Shown here piece by piece: positions 49,945 through 60,364 of a stretch of DNA of 64,000 nt (the first letter of the stretch is position 1; each line of letters begins with the position of its first letter). The DNA is from Spirochaetota bacterium (GTDB lineage: Bacteria > Spirochaetota > UBA4802 > JAFGDQ01). The translations under genes and the position numbers were made by a program. The notes beneath the pieces are model-generated. The model was not told the origin of the DNA, did not search any database, and saw nothing but the letters and a program-made list of their open reading frames with translations. The DNA lies in assembly GCA_043803405.1 (NCBI GenBank), contig JAZDKB010000019.1, positions 128,001-192,000 on the forward strand, in the 5' to 3' direction.

Positions 49945-50186
49945 ATATAGTTGTTTTGTGCATCGAGACAATAATTATTAATTTTCTCGCCGCTAATCAG
50001 ATGATGAGAAAGCTGCTGATTATAATCAGCAGGTTGCTTGCTTTGTATTAAAAATAAAATACAGTAGGTTAGTCAATTATATTTAAATCTTGATTTTATT
50101 TTTTGTTTCTGTTATAATAAGAAATGTGCTAAATTGTTTTTTGCTGCCTAATTCACCCGTTAATTACTTTTCGGAGATTTGAAAAA

Positions 50187-51269
50187 ATGAAAGGTATTAA
50201 TACAATTACAGACAGACGCCTGTTCCAGGATATATTGGGAAAATTCTTTTTTAATAAAAGCTGTTTTTTATATGGTAAAGAAGGCGCGCTGGAAGTTAAA
50301 TTTAATAGATCTTCCGATGGGCTGATCGTGATAAAGATTCCTTTTTTTACGGAAGAGCCGACAAACTGTATCGCATTTACAAGACAGGGTGCTAATATAA
50401 TATTTGTTTATCTGAAGTTATGCGGGAGAAAGGAAGACAATATTTATATTTTTAATCCGGCTAAATTCCAGATCGCGGAAGCGGACAGGAAGGATGAAAG
50501 AAAGTCTCTTATAAAAAATACAAACAGTAAATCCGTTTTATACATAACTAATTTTATTTCGGATAATATTATTAATAAATCGCTTAGCAGCCAGGCAGAA
50601 AAGCTGGACCGTATTAAGGAAATTATTGCGTACGATCATTTAAATGAATATGAATATCTGAAATTATTTTTTTGCAATGAAGAAATGAATGATGCAAGAA
50701 TGAAATATTTTAACAATAGCAGAATACCTATATTTATCCCCAATATACATTCGGAAAATGCAAATGATGAATTACATGAGTATTATAAAAATTACATTTA
50801 TAATAATGATGAATATTTGAAAATTCACAAGGAAATTGTTTCTGAAGTTGCAGTGCCGATATTGTTTGATTCAAAAATACCTTATGGTTACATACAAGTG
50901 AATAAAACCGGTCCCTTGCCTACATCAACGATTTCAGTTATGAAAAGAGTTGCAGCATTAACGGACGATATTACAAAAAAATCTAAATTGTTTTCCGTTT
51001 CCAGCGATAAATTACTTGTCTGGGATATTTCGGAAAAAGGTGTCGGCATAGCATTTAAGAATACAAAATATATTCCTTATTACAGAAGAGACAGCTTTGT
51101 ATCGCTTGATTTGCTTCTTCCAAGATATAAAAAAGCTTCAATACTTGCGGACGTAAGGCATCTGGAAATGCTGGAGAATAAATTAATTAAAGTCGGGTTC
51201 GAGATAAAAGATATGGACACAGCAAGCAGGGATAATTATGAGAAATTTCTCGGCTCAATCAGCGCATAA
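50187..51269 (+). CDS. PilZ-type domain protein with central GAF-like region (DUF1577-like)
   Basis: RKDER, VPILF..PYGYIQV, DISEKGVG, C-terminal VGFEI. Confidence 0.7.
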   Translation: MKGINTITDRRLFQDILGKFFFNKSCFLYGKEGALEVKFNRSSDGLIVIKIPFFTEEPTNCIAFTRQGANIIFVYLKLCGRKEDNIYIFNPAKFQIAEADRKDERKSLIKNTNSKSVLYITNFISDNIINKSLSSQAEKLDRIKEIIAYDHLNEYEYLKLFFCNEEMNDARMKYFNNSRIPIFIPNIHSENANDELHEYYKNYIYNNDEYLKIHKEIVSEVAVPILFDSKIPYGYIQVNKTGPLPTSTISVMKRVAALTDDITKKSKLFSVSSDKLLVWDISEKGVGIAFKNTKYIPYYRRDSFVSLDLLLPRYKKASILADVRHLEMLENKLIKVGFEIKDMDTASRDNYEKFLGSISA

Positions 51270-51569
51270 GCGGAAAAATCCCTTAGCCTGATATACCTGA
51301 TTGAAACCCGCCCTCGCAGGCCCCCGGTATTTTATTCCTTCTGATAAATATCTTGATAATTTCAATAGATATAAAAACCATGTCACCGGTAATCATTACC
51401 GTCTTTATACGGATGTCACTGCATACACCCAGCGATGCTTTTGGGGCCGGATGGGAAAGGCAATTCTTCAATATTTTTCCCTTGACTGGATTAGCAGTTG
51501 AAATAATTTTTAATTGAATTTATTATGATTTTCTGAATAAGTTGTTAATATGACTGCCCGGTTATAATA

Positions 51570-52064
51570 ATGAATCAGGAAAAACTGGAAAAATACCTCA
51601 CTCTTTTCTGCCTGCGCAATGATTTTACCATGGAAGACCTGACTGCGTCCTACAGGGTACTCGCAAAACTTAACCATCCGGATGTAAGCAAAGATAAAGA
51701 TTCCGTTAAGCTGATGGCAGGCATTAATGAAGGATATCAATTTTTAAAAGATGCTTTGCTGACCGGAGAAGTAATAATTTATTTCAATAATTTAAAAAAG
51801 GCGGAACCGGAATCTGAAAGAAGAAGAGTAGAAGATATTTTTTACGACCAGTACAAGAAAGGCTTTGTTATACTTAAATCCGCTTTTGAGGATTATTACG
51901 GAGAGAAAGAGGACAAATTTCTTACGGGGAAAGCTGATATTTTAAAAAAGGAATTGTTGCGAGCCAAAATCGAGTTTGCAGTTTTAATTAATGACCTGCC
52001 GTATAATCTATGGGTAAATGATGCGATCGATAAAATAAGCAGTATTAATAAATGGCTGGATTAA
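51570..52064 (+). CDS. J-domain protein
   Basis: YRVLAKLNHPD..INEGY..L. Confidence 0.85.
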   Translation: MNQEKLEKYLTLFCLRNDFTMEDLTASYRVLAKLNHPDVSKDKDSVKLMAGINEGYQFLKDALLTGEVIIYFNNLKKAEPESERRRVEDIFYDQYKKGFVILKSAFEDYYGEKEDKFLTGKADILKKELLRAKIEFAVLINDLPYNLWVNDAIDKISSINKWLD

Positions 52065-52072
52065 ATAAGCTT

Positions 52073-52768
52073 TTATTTTTTCGAGGATGCTTCTGCGGGA
52101 TTTAACTTCTGCCTTTTCTGCGACAGTCTCTTCAAATGATCGTCTATAATTTTACCGTAACTTAAATCGCCGCGCGCAATTGAAAACCGCTCCGATTCAA
52201 TAAATCCCAGGTCCGTTGTTATTTTAATATCGCTTGCGTCCATCGCATATCTTTTTGCGTTTTCCCAGTATGGTATCGCTTCCTTGTAAAGTTTTTCAGC
52301 TATATCGAAACTTTCGTTTATTTCTTTGGCAAACGGCGAATTATAAAACTTAATGCTTTGCTTGTCGTATCGTGATGCAATCGACATATAATTTCGCATA
52401 ATGAGAATATTCAGATGCATGAACATAAGTCTGCGGTATTTTAAATATTCCGCTTCGGAGTCGATTTTAACAAGCGCTTCGGACGGATGTCTGAACTTGC
52501 AGGCGAGGGCGGTTTTAAGCCTGTCTATATTTTTCCGGAGTGAATTTTCGTTGTAGTGCTGTTTCATGCCGTACAGCTGATAAAAATCTTCAAGGTAATG
52601 CGGTACAGTAAAATAATGAAGCCTGATCTTTGGTATGTAATCCGAGAAAGGGACGTATTTATCTTTTTCGTGATTAAAATACTGATACTGATAGTCTTCC
52701 GGGTGCAGTCCAGGCTGCAGCAGCATAACAAGACTAAAGATAATTACTATTTTTAGCAATGGTTTCAT
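52073..52768 (-). CDS. secreted hypothetical helical protein
   Basis: Signal peptide; 231-aa ORF. Confidence 0.75.
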   Translation of the reverse strand: MKPLLKIVIIFSLVMLLQPGLHPEDYQYQYFNHEKDKYVPFSDYIPKIRLHYFTVPHYLEDFYQLYGMKQHYNENSLRKNIDRLKTALACKFRHPSEALVKIDSEAEYLKYRRLMFMHLNILIMRNYMSIASRYDKQSIKFYNSPFAKEINESFDIAEKLYKEAIPYWENAKRYAMDASDIKITTDLGFIESERFSIARGDLSYGKIIDDHLKRLSQKRQKLNPAEASSKK

Positions 52769-52822
52769 TTATTTGATTATCGGTAATTATTTTTAATTAG
52801 TGAAGCAGCAGAGCAGTTAATT

Positions 52823-53737
52823 TTAAATCCCTGCGCTGTGCCGTTGAGCGGAATATTCCGAAAAGAAGAGGTTCAAATACTCTTTAACTGAAAGCGCGTA
52901 TTGAAGTTTTATTTTTGTTTCCACTGCCCATGTAGAATGCGGGAATATCTTAAGTACGTTTTTAAAATTTATCTCTGCTTTCAGAAGCAGGTCGTCCGCT
53001 ATGTCTTTTTTGAAGAATCCTCTGTTGTGCCTGTCATAGAATATTTCCTTTTCGCACGGGTGAAGCATGTCGTCGCCTCTCTTGAAGAGCCTGTACGCTT
53101 CCACTTCTATGGAATCGCTGTAAGAATCGATTACATTAACGCATTCCGACGCCATATAAAAATAATATATCATTGCGCTGAAGACTTCAAAATGTTTGAG
53201 AAAATCGATATCTTTTGTTTTATTATTCAAGCTCATTATGGAGTGATAGTGTTTTTTTAAATTCGAAGTGATGTTGACGAATATGTTTTTGTTTGCCGCG
53301 TTGTTTCTTCTGGCAATATTGTATATTCCGTACTGGAAATATCTGTAAAGATCGTTTTTTGCCGATTCCCTTATTTTAACAAATTCTTTTGTCAGGATAT
53401 CGTGATGAAGCGCTTCATTTGCTTCTTTGTCCGGATCGTAATAGCTCTTTTTTAATTTTGGTTTTTTAACAGGTTTTTCTGCATATACATTCTGCTGTGT
53501 GCCCGAAGGTTTTACATCTTCTTTTCCTGGTTCTTTCTTCTCTTCCTGGAAACGCAGCTGCATAAGCGTTGTGTATGCCATGTTAAGAGCAGACATAGCA
53601 TTGTTCGCCCATTCGATCCTGTCAGGATTTTTGTCGGGATGAAACTTGTGCGCAAGCATCTTGAACGATTTTTTAATCTCGTCATCAGTGGCGCTTACCG
53701 GCAATCCCATAATTCTGTAGCAGTCTGATAAATTCAT
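52823..53737 (-). CDS. J-domain protein
   Basis: Y.IMG...EIKKSFKMLAHKFHPDKN..LNMAY. Confidence 0.88.
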   Translation of the reverse strand: MNLSDCYRIMGLPVSATDDEIKKSFKMLAHKFHPDKNPDRIEWANNAMSALNMAYTTLMQLRFQEEKKEPGKEDVKPSGTQQNVYAEKPVKKPKLKKSYYDPDKEANEALHHDILTKEFVKIRESAKNDLYRYFQYGIYNIARRNNAANKNIFVNITSNLKKHYHSIMSLNNKTKDIDFLKHFEVFSAMIYYFYMASECVNVIDSYSDSIEVEAYRLFKRGDDMLHPCEKEIFYDRHNRGFFKKDIADDLLLKAEINFKNVLKIFPHSTWAVETKIKLQYALSVKEYLNLFFSEYSAQRHSAGI

Positions 53738-54009
53738 TTGAGCACAATTCTTTATTATTATAACAAATATGCAATAATACTATTTGGTTATGGAATATGT
53801 CAAATTAGATTTTGTTATCGGGAGCATGGAAAAGATAAATTATAGATATACATCGATTACAAGTCATCTCAAAATATAATTTTATAAAAAAAGCTGACTT
53901 AAAATTTCAATACATTACAAATCTTAATTTTGAATTTTTAACTTTCTTGACGCTCCGGGCAATATTGAAGATAATGTTCACATATATGTTTTAATTTCGA
54001 GGTAATAGA

Positions 54010-55272
54010 ATGATAGATCCAAAACTGATTAGGGAAGACATTGAAGGTATACGCATCCTATTAAAGAACAGGAATATGACGAATGCCGTTGATCTTGATG
54101 TTTTGCATAAGACCGAGGAACAGAGAAGAGAGCATGTATTAAAGATAGATAAGCTCCGTGAAAAAAGGAATGCCTTGTCAAAAGAGATCGGCAGGCTAAA
54201 GGGAGCAGGTAAAGACGATTCGCAGCTGAGGCAGGAAGTGCAGGCCATTACCGAAGAAATGAAACAACTGGAAGCGGGCATTGAAAGCCTCAACGAAAGG
54301 TTCAATGATATGCATTTATCCGTGCCGAACATTCTGGATAAGTCCGTTCCTGTCGGCAGGGATGAGAAAGAAAATAAAGTGATACGCGAATGGGGGAAGA
54401 AGCCGGTATTCACATTTGCTCCGAAGCCTCATTACGAGATCGGCGTAGACATGGGCATACTGGATTTTGAAAGAGGAGTAAAGCTTGCAGGCGCGCGCTT
54501 TTACGTATACCGCGGCCTGGCCGCAAAACTTGAAAGAGCGATCATAAGCTTTATGCTGGATCTGCACACCAGGGAGCACGGATATACTGAAATATTCGGG
54601 CCGTTTATCGTGAACGATGAGAGCATGACAGGCACCGGACAGTATCCGAAATTCAAGGACGAGTTTTACAGGATAGAACGCGACGGCCTGTCGCTTATAC
54701 CTACTGCGGAAGTCACTCTTACCAATCTTTACAGGGACGAAATACTGGACAAGGAGAACATGCCGGTTTACGTAACAATGCAGTCTTCGTGCTTCAGGCG
54801 CGAGGCCGGCGCAGCAGGCAAAGACACGCGCGGGCTTATACGCGTGCACCAGTTCCAGAAAGTCGAGCTTGTGAAGTTCGTTGAACCGGAAACCTCGTCC
54901 GATGAGCTTGAGAAACTTACTGCGGACGCAGAGGCAGTGCTGCAAAAGCTGAATCTTCATTACCGCGTTATGCTTCTTTGCAGCGGCGATACATCCGCAT
55001 CATCTTCAAAAACATATGATATAGAAGTATGGATGCCCGGGCTCGACAGGTACATGGAGATAAGCTCGTGTTCCAATTTTCTTGATTACCAGGCAAGGCG
55101 CGCGAAGATAAGGTACAAAAAAGCGAAAGGCGAAAAACCTGTGCTTGTGCATACGCTTAACGGGTCAGGACTGGCAGCAGGAAGGACCATGGCAGCAATA
55201 ATGGAAAATTACCAGACTTCTGATGGAAAAATCGAAATACCGGAAGCGTTATCGAAGTATATGAATTTATAG
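54010..55272 (+). CDS. serS: seryl-tRNA synthetase
   Basis: [42 protein letters not shown]. Confidence 0.98.
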   Translation: MIDPKLIREDIEGIRILLKNRNMTNAVDLDVLHKTEEQRREHVLKIDKLREKRNALSKEIGRLKGAGKDDSQLRQEVQAITEEMKQLEAGIESLNERFNDMHLSVPNILDKSVPVGRDEKENKVIREWGKKPVFTFAPKPHYEIGVDMGILDFERGVKLAGARFYVYRGLAAKLERAIISFMLDLHTREHGYTEIFGPFIVNDESMTGTGQYPKFKDEFYRIERDGLSLIPTAEVTLTNLYRDEILDKENMPVYVTMQSSCFRREAGAAGKDTRGLIRVHQFQKVELVKFVEPETSSDELEKLTADAEAVLQKLNLHYRVMLLCSGDTSASSSKTYDIEVWMPGLDRYMEISSCSNFLDYQARRAKIRYKKAKGEKPVLVHTLNGSGLAAGRTMAAIMENYQTSDGKIEIPEALSKYMNL

Positions 55273-55277
55273 GCCGC

Positions 55278-55586
55278 CTATCGGACGTCTTTTAATTCGC
55301 CGGAAATGATAAACAGATTATCCGAGTCTTTTGTTACGCGTTTTACAGCTAAAACCGCCTGCAGCGGAGGCTGTTCAATTCCACCGGAAACTTTAACTGC
55401 AATATCCAGCTCGGAGCCTTCTTTTATATGCTTAGAAGTTGAAAGTTGAATCCCTGTATGGGAGAGGTTTTTGCAAATAGCTTTAAATTCTTCATTATTC
55501 CCGCGTATTTTACAAATTACTTCAGTTTGTATTTCCATACGTATAAAATCTCTTTTTTCTTTGTTAATAACTGATGAGCCAGGCAT
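55278..55586 (-). CDS. single PilZ domain protein
   Basis: EKRDFIR (RxxxR) and NLSHTG (D/NxSxxG); ATG 55586 with RBS GGAGA. Confidence 0.88.
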   Translation of the reverse strand: MPGSSVINKEKRDFIRMEIQTEVICKIRGNNEEFKAICKNLSHTGIQLSTSKHIKEGSELDIAVKVSGGIEQPPLQAVLAVKRVTKDSDNLFIISGELKDVR

Positions 55587-55894
55587 AACATTTCTCCGAA
55601 AATAATAGTTCAAATAATAATAATATTTACATGCGCCCGGTAGAATAGAACCAGCAACGCACGGATTCAAAGTTTTAGAAAACGCTTTCCATTAACAATC
55701 CATAGTGATCTGTATATATAAGTTCATAAAATCGTCAATAAAAATTGCTATAGAATACTTCAGTTAACGCTTTTTTCTAATTGTTTTTGTTATTTCAATA
55801 CTTAACAAAAATATTTAAAATGAAAATAATAAACATCTATATAGACGAATTAACTATCATCAAATAAAAATGTATTCTATAGAACACCGGTAAA

Positions 55895-56374
55895 CTATTC
55901 AATGTTCCCTAATTCAGTAATAACCTGCGGATTAAAATAACAATGTTTTTGTATCAATCTCTCATTAATTTCATTTTCATTTAAATCCGTTACAAATATC
56001 ATCCTGCCATTATACTGATTAAAACCTGCAATTTTATATTGATCGTAGTCCGGATCCCAAACGGTATTTTTAATTTCAAATTTAACCGGTTCCATAAATT
56101 CATAATTTGATATATGATTAAGTATCGGCGTATATTGAGAATTCGTCCGTTTTTTAAGTAAATGATCATTATTAAAAAATATTATTATGTCATTAGCTTT
56201 TGAATACTCATTTAAAAGCATAAACAGGGACTTTCTGTCTTTAACTTTATGGTCTACAACACAGGATGCATTATTTTTAAGAAAAACAGTAATATCGGAA
56301 TGATGTTCCTCCGGTAATTTAACGGCTGAAATATGTGAAAAAGCTAATCCAAGCATAATGTTTTCAAAGTGCAT
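55895..56374 (-). CDS. hypothetical protein
   Basis: 159-aa ORF with RBS AAGGA. Confidence 0.65.
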   Translation of the reverse strand: MHFENIMLGLAFSHISAVKLPEEHHSDITVFLKNNASCVVDHKVKDRKSLFMLLNEYSKANDIIIFFNNDHLLKKRTNSQYTPILNHISNYEFMEPVKFEIKNTVWDPDYDQYKIAGFNQYNGRMIFVTDLNENEINERLIQKHCYFNPQVITELGNIE

Positions 56375-56506
56375 TTTTAATTCCTTATTATTATTGTATA
56401 AATTACTTTATCAGTAGGCACTGCATAAAAAGTTCCATTACGGATGATTCTTTTGATGGCTTTTTGATTCTTACGGAAATCCTGTAATCCTCAGGATTAT
56501 CGGAGG

Positions 56507-56579
56507 CGCGCCCGGCAGGAGTCGAACCTGCGACGCACGGATTCGAAGTCCGACGCTCTATCCACTGAGCTACGGGCGC
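56507..56579 (-). tRNA. tRNA-Arg (anticodon TCG)
   Basis: GCGCCCG acceptor stem, D arm GCTC/GAGC, anticodon loop CT-TCG-AA, T arm GCAGG-TTCGACT-CCTGC; CCA not encoded (CCT); upstream TTGACA. Confidence 0.95.
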
Positions 56580-56635
56580 CTAGCTGTCTGAATTTTTTTT
56601 GAATGACGCATTATGTCAAGGAGAAAAAAACATCC

Positions 56636-56742
56636 AATTCCCCGTGCGCAGCCTCCCTGTGGGTCTCTCTGCTTCGTAAAGAGGGGGAAAATACTGTTTT
56701 CTCCCCTTCTCTTTTTAAAGAGAAGGGGGCGGGGGATGAGTT
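56636..56742. repeat. G/C-run palindromic intergenic element
   Basis: CCCCTTCTCTTT-TT-AAAGAGAAGGGG (56703-56728) followed by GCGGGGGATGAG; degenerate left arm. Confidence 0.6.
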
Positions 56743-56786
56743 AAACAAGGTTTCTTTTAGCGAGTGGCATCCCTGGGGGAGTCCGG

Positions 56787-57857
56787 TTATTTAACAGATC
56801 TGAATTTATTATCGATTGCTTCCAGGTCCAGCGGGCTGTCAACATCGTTTTCCCATCTTGACGCGTTCTTTTTTATGTGATAAATAAGTATACCCATGCT
56901 GCTTAAATCTATTTTATATAATCCGGATATTATATCAATAATAGCGTTCACGAGTTCGGTCTCGACGATACACTTATTTTTTATTTGCCTGATAATTTTT
57001 AAATGTCTTGTCTTTAAAAAAAGAAAGAAAATTTTTGATATGTTGCTTGGTGTTAATGCTTTACGCAGATTATAAAAAACATTTATAGCTTCATATTCAA
57101 TTAAACCGTCCAGGGATGTGTCCATTAAAATAGCAGATGAATTGCCGATCCTTGACTGGAAATTTTCAAAGCCCATAAAGCTTTTTAGCTTTCCTTTGTT
57201 ATGCCCGTGTTTAATATATTTTATTCTGTGTTCCAGCCAGTTATCTTTTAAATCCGCAAAGTCAGCTAAACTAAAAATAAGTGAAACAGGAACCCCTCTG
57301 TGATCTTTTGTTCTGCCGAGTATTTTATTAAATTCTTCATGAATCCATTCCACATCGCTTGAAGTTATCCTTGGTGTATCCCCGAAAAAAATATCGACCC
57401 TCTGCCCGTATTCAATATAGTTTTTGCAGAAATCTTTCAGGTGGCCGCCTACTGAGCTTTTCATCTGGTTTACTGCAAGATGCGGATACTTTGAAAGATC
57501 GATCGCCTGTTTTATGCTTTTTATGTCGTTATAGACATATATTTTATCGTATAACCTTTCGGATTTTTTGCTGCCTGCAGAGCCCGATTTTTTTGCATTG
57601 TATACCGCGTTTATAACGTATTCAATAATCGGTTTTCCCGCGATCTTTTTCAGGAATTTATTCTGTCCTATGTATATTACCTCGCCGTCGTATGCTTCCT
57701 GCATTTCTTCTATTATCTTTTTTTTCTTTTTTCTGGATTCAATTTTATTGAAACCTGCGAGAATAAGAGCGACTGGTTTTAAAATGGGTTTGGTTTTTGT
57801 CTGTTTTTTTTTCGTTTTTTCGGGAGATTTCTTTTTTGCCGGCATATTTATTTCCAT
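56787..57857 (-). CDS. NTP-transferase (MobA/GT-A-like fold) family protein
   Basis: LILAG, NKF..IAGKPIIEYV, GDTP, DVDSP.DL. Confidence 0.7.
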   Translation of the reverse strand: MEINMPAKKKSPEKTKKKQTKTKPILKPVALILAGFNKIESRKKKKKIIEEMQEAYDGEVIYIGQNKFLKKIAGKPIIEYVINAVYNAKKSGSAGSKKSERLYDKIYVYNDIKSIKQAIDLSKYPHLAVNQMKSSVGGHLKDFCKNYIEYGQRVDIFFGDTPRITSSDVEWIHEEFNKILGRTKDHRGVPVSLIFSLADFADLKDNWLEHRIKYIKHGHNKGKLKSFMGFENFQSRIGNSSAILMDTSLDGLIEYEAINVFYNLRKALTPSNISKIFFLFLKTRHLKIIRQIKNKCIVETELVNAIIDIISGLYKIDLSSMGILIYHIKKNASRWENDVDSPLDLEAIDNKFRSVK

Positions 57858-58122
57858 AAAGTCAGTTAATTATATAATTACACACGAAAATGGAAAATTT
57901 TGTATTGATGATTACAAGACGATAATCTTTAAAAAAAAGTTGTCTTGTCAAGAGAAGTTCCTTGTATTTTGATATTTAATAATAAATTTTGTCAACTATC
58001 AATTTGGTTGACTTATTGAAATAAGAAATAAAGTTTTATAAATTACATATAGTGTGTCCCAAAATCTAAAACGATATAAATACAGATGCAGGGGCGCAGT
58101 ATAAATTTTACAGGAGTTAAAA

Positions 58123-58746
58123 ATGATAATTGAGCAGATATTAGTAACAGGTTATGCAGTATTCTGTTACCTGATCGCGGATGAAAAGACAAAGGAAGGC
58201 GTTCTTGTTGACCCTGCCGGTGACATTCAAAAAATCTATTCCGTAATTGATAAACATAATGTTAAAATTAAATGGATCATTAATACACACGGCCATTTTG
58301 ATCATACGGGCGGCAATGATATTATAATGAAAGAAACAGGGGCCGGTCTTCTGGTGCATGAAGAAGAAGCTAACTCGATAGATTGTATTGACGGAAAAAT
58401 AAAATCTAAATTTTCAAATACGAAAAGTTTTCCCGAAACAGTATCTTTCATAAAAGACGGGGATGTTATTGAAGTCGGTTCCATTAAGCTGAAGGTGCTG
58501 CATACTCCGGGACACAGTGCGGGAAGCATTTGCCTGTATACAGATGGAAATATCTTTACAGGAGATACGCTCTTTACGGAAGGCATGGGCAGAACGGACC
58601 TGCGCGGAGGCTCCGAAAGGCAGATAATGCATTCAATACGCAATATCATACTGGGGCTGCCGGATGACACGGTCATCTGGCCCGGCCATCATTACGGAAG
58701 ATACCCGAAGTCTACTGTGAGAGAGCAGAAGAAATATTACATGTAG
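58123..58746 (+). CDS. MBL-fold metallo-hydrolase (glyoxalase II-like)
   Basis: THGHFDH, HTPGHS.GS, FTGDTLF, GRTDL, PGH. Confidence 0.95.
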   Translation: MIIEQILVTGYAVFCYLIADEKTKEGVLVDPAGDIQKIYSVIDKHNVKIKWIINTHGHFDHTGGNDIIMKETGAGLLVHEEEANSIDCIDGKIKSKFSNTKSFPETVSFIKDGDVIEVGSIKLKVLHTPGHSAGSICLYTDGNIFTGDTLFTEGMGRTDLRGGSERQIMHSIRNIILGLPDDTVIWPGHHYGRYPKSTVREQKKYYM

Positions 58747-58963
58747 CTGAAAGTTATCCTGCTAACTCGTTGATAGATAAATTTATCTTCTGGAAAAAGT
58801 GCTAAATACAGCGAATCTTTTGCATACGGAATCAAATAGAATCTGAAGCAGATTGGCGATTATCATGTCAGGGGAAAATTGATTCTACAGAAGGTCAGAA
58901 TACTAAAATATATTCGATTTTAGAATAATTTTATCAAAATTATTTATATATTCGAATATATAA

Positions 58964-59028
58964 TTGACAAAATTATCGATAATCGTATATAATACCTCCG
59001 TATTTAAAAAAACACGGAGGTATTATAT
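58964..59028 (+). promoter_or_regulatory. panB promoter with 15-bp inverted repeat covering -10 and RBS
   Basis: TTGACA 58964-58969, TATAAT 58988-58993; ATATAATACCTCCGT / ACGGAGGTATTATAT. Confidence 0.7.
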
Positions 59029-59848
59029 GTATTCAGCTGATTTTAAATCAAAAAAATTCAATATCAATGATTTTGAGGCAAGGAAGAAAAACGGCATCCC
59101 TGTCACAATGATAACATGCTACGATTATGCCTTTGCCCGGATTCTGGATAATACGAATATCGATGTGATACTTGTTGGCGATTCGCTGGGAAACGTGTTT
59201 GCAGGATACGACACAACAGTGCCGGTTACGATTGATCAGATGATTTATCACACTGCTATTGTAAAACGCGGCGCTCCATCGAAGCTTGTAGTAATAGATA
59301 TGCCTTTCATGAGTTATCATATATCGGTGGAAGATACTCTTCGAAACGCAGGCAGAATGATAAAGGAAACAGGGGCAGGCGCTGTAAAGCTTGAAGGCGG
59401 CAGGGATTTTTACGATGTTATAAAGGCCCTTACGAGAGCATCGATTCCGGTAATGGGGCATCTGGGGCTAACGCCGCAGTCGATTCATAAGCTCGGAGGA
59501 TTTTCGGTTCAGGGGCGCAGCGAAGAGCAGAGAAAAAGGATTATTGAAGACGCAATGATTCTCGAAGAAGCTGGGGTGTGTTCTATTGTGCTGGAAAAGG
59601 TTCCCGCATCTCTCGGTAAAGAAGTGTCCGAAAGGCTCTCTATCCCCACAATAGGCATAGGCGCAGGGAAATTCTGCGACGGGCAGGTTCTTGTGCTTAA
59701 CGACGTCCTTGGGATTGATAAGGACTTTAACCCTAAGTTTGTAAAAAAATACGCGGATTTATATTCAGCAACAAAGAACGCGCTTGAATCTTATATTTGC
59801 GAAGTTAAGGAACGCGCATTCCCGTCAGCCGAGAATTCTTTTGAATAA
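59027..59848 (+). CDS. panB: 3-methyl-2-oxobutanoate hydroxymethyltransferase
   Basis: MITCYD, LVGDSLG, DMPF.SY, VKLEGG, GHLGLTPQS, IGIGAG..CDGQVLV; ATG 59027 after GGAGG. Confidence 0.97.
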   Translation: MYSADFKSKKFNINDFEARKKNGIPVTMITCYDYAFARILDNTNIDVILVGDSLGNVFAGYDTTVPVTIDQMIYHTAIVKRGAPSKLVVIDMPFMSYHISVEDTLRNAGRMIKETGAGAVKLEGGRDFYDVIKALTRASIPVMGHLGLTPQSIHKLGGFSVQGRSEEQRKRIIEDAMILEEAGVCSIVLEKVPASLGKEVSERLSIPTIGIGAGKFCDGQVLVLNDVLGIDKDFNPKFVKKYADLYSATKNALESYICEVKERAFPSAENSFE

Positions 59849-59893
59849 TAAAAGTAAACAAATTTCATAACAGGTGTTTGGAAGCCGGTAAAC

Positions 59894-60364
59894 ATGTCGA
59901 ACGATAAAAGAAACTTAGACGATATGGACGCGAAGATAATCGCTGTTCTTCAATCGGACGGAAGAATAAGCAATACGGATATTGCGAAGTTGCTCGATGT
60001 GTCCGAGGCTACGGTGCGCGGAAGAATTAAGCGCCTCATAGATGATGAAATTATACAGATAGTGGCAGTCTCGAACCCCCTTAAACTGGGATTTGAGATT
60101 ACCGGCGACTTGTATATCACTGTTGACATGAAAAAGATGGACAAAGTGATCGGCGCTCTTAGGGAATACAAAGAGTTGTGGTACATTGTAGCTACTACAG
60201 GCAGGTCGAACCTGAACGCGGAATTTGTCGTTAAGAACCTCGACGAGCTGAACGATCTTGTGTATAACCGCCTTAGCCACATAGACGGCATTGAGCAGAT
60301 TGAAACTTCTATCATTATGAAATACGTTAAGCGCAAATACGATTTCGGAACTTCTCTGGACTGA
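59894..60364 (+). CDS. Lrp/AsnC family transcriptional regulator
   Basis: LDDMD.KII..LQ.DGR.S..IA..L.VSEATVR.RI.RL HTH plus RAM domain. Confidence 0.95.
   Translation: MSNDKRNLDDMDAKIIAVLQSDGRISNTDIAKLLDVSEATVRGRIKRLIDDEIIQIVAVSNPLKLGFEITGDLYITVDMKKMDKVIGALREYKELWYIVATTGRSNLNAEFVVKNLDELNDLVYNRLSHIDGIEQIETSIIMKYVKRKYDFGTSLD

Noticed and set aside
56400..56507. Prophage or island integrated at the tRNA-Arg 3' end
   Set aside because: No integrase and no duplicated tRNA 3' segment seen in the window
58964..59026. TTG start of panB in the ORF track
   Set aside because: That TTG is part of the -35 TTGACA; the SD-supported start is ATG 59027
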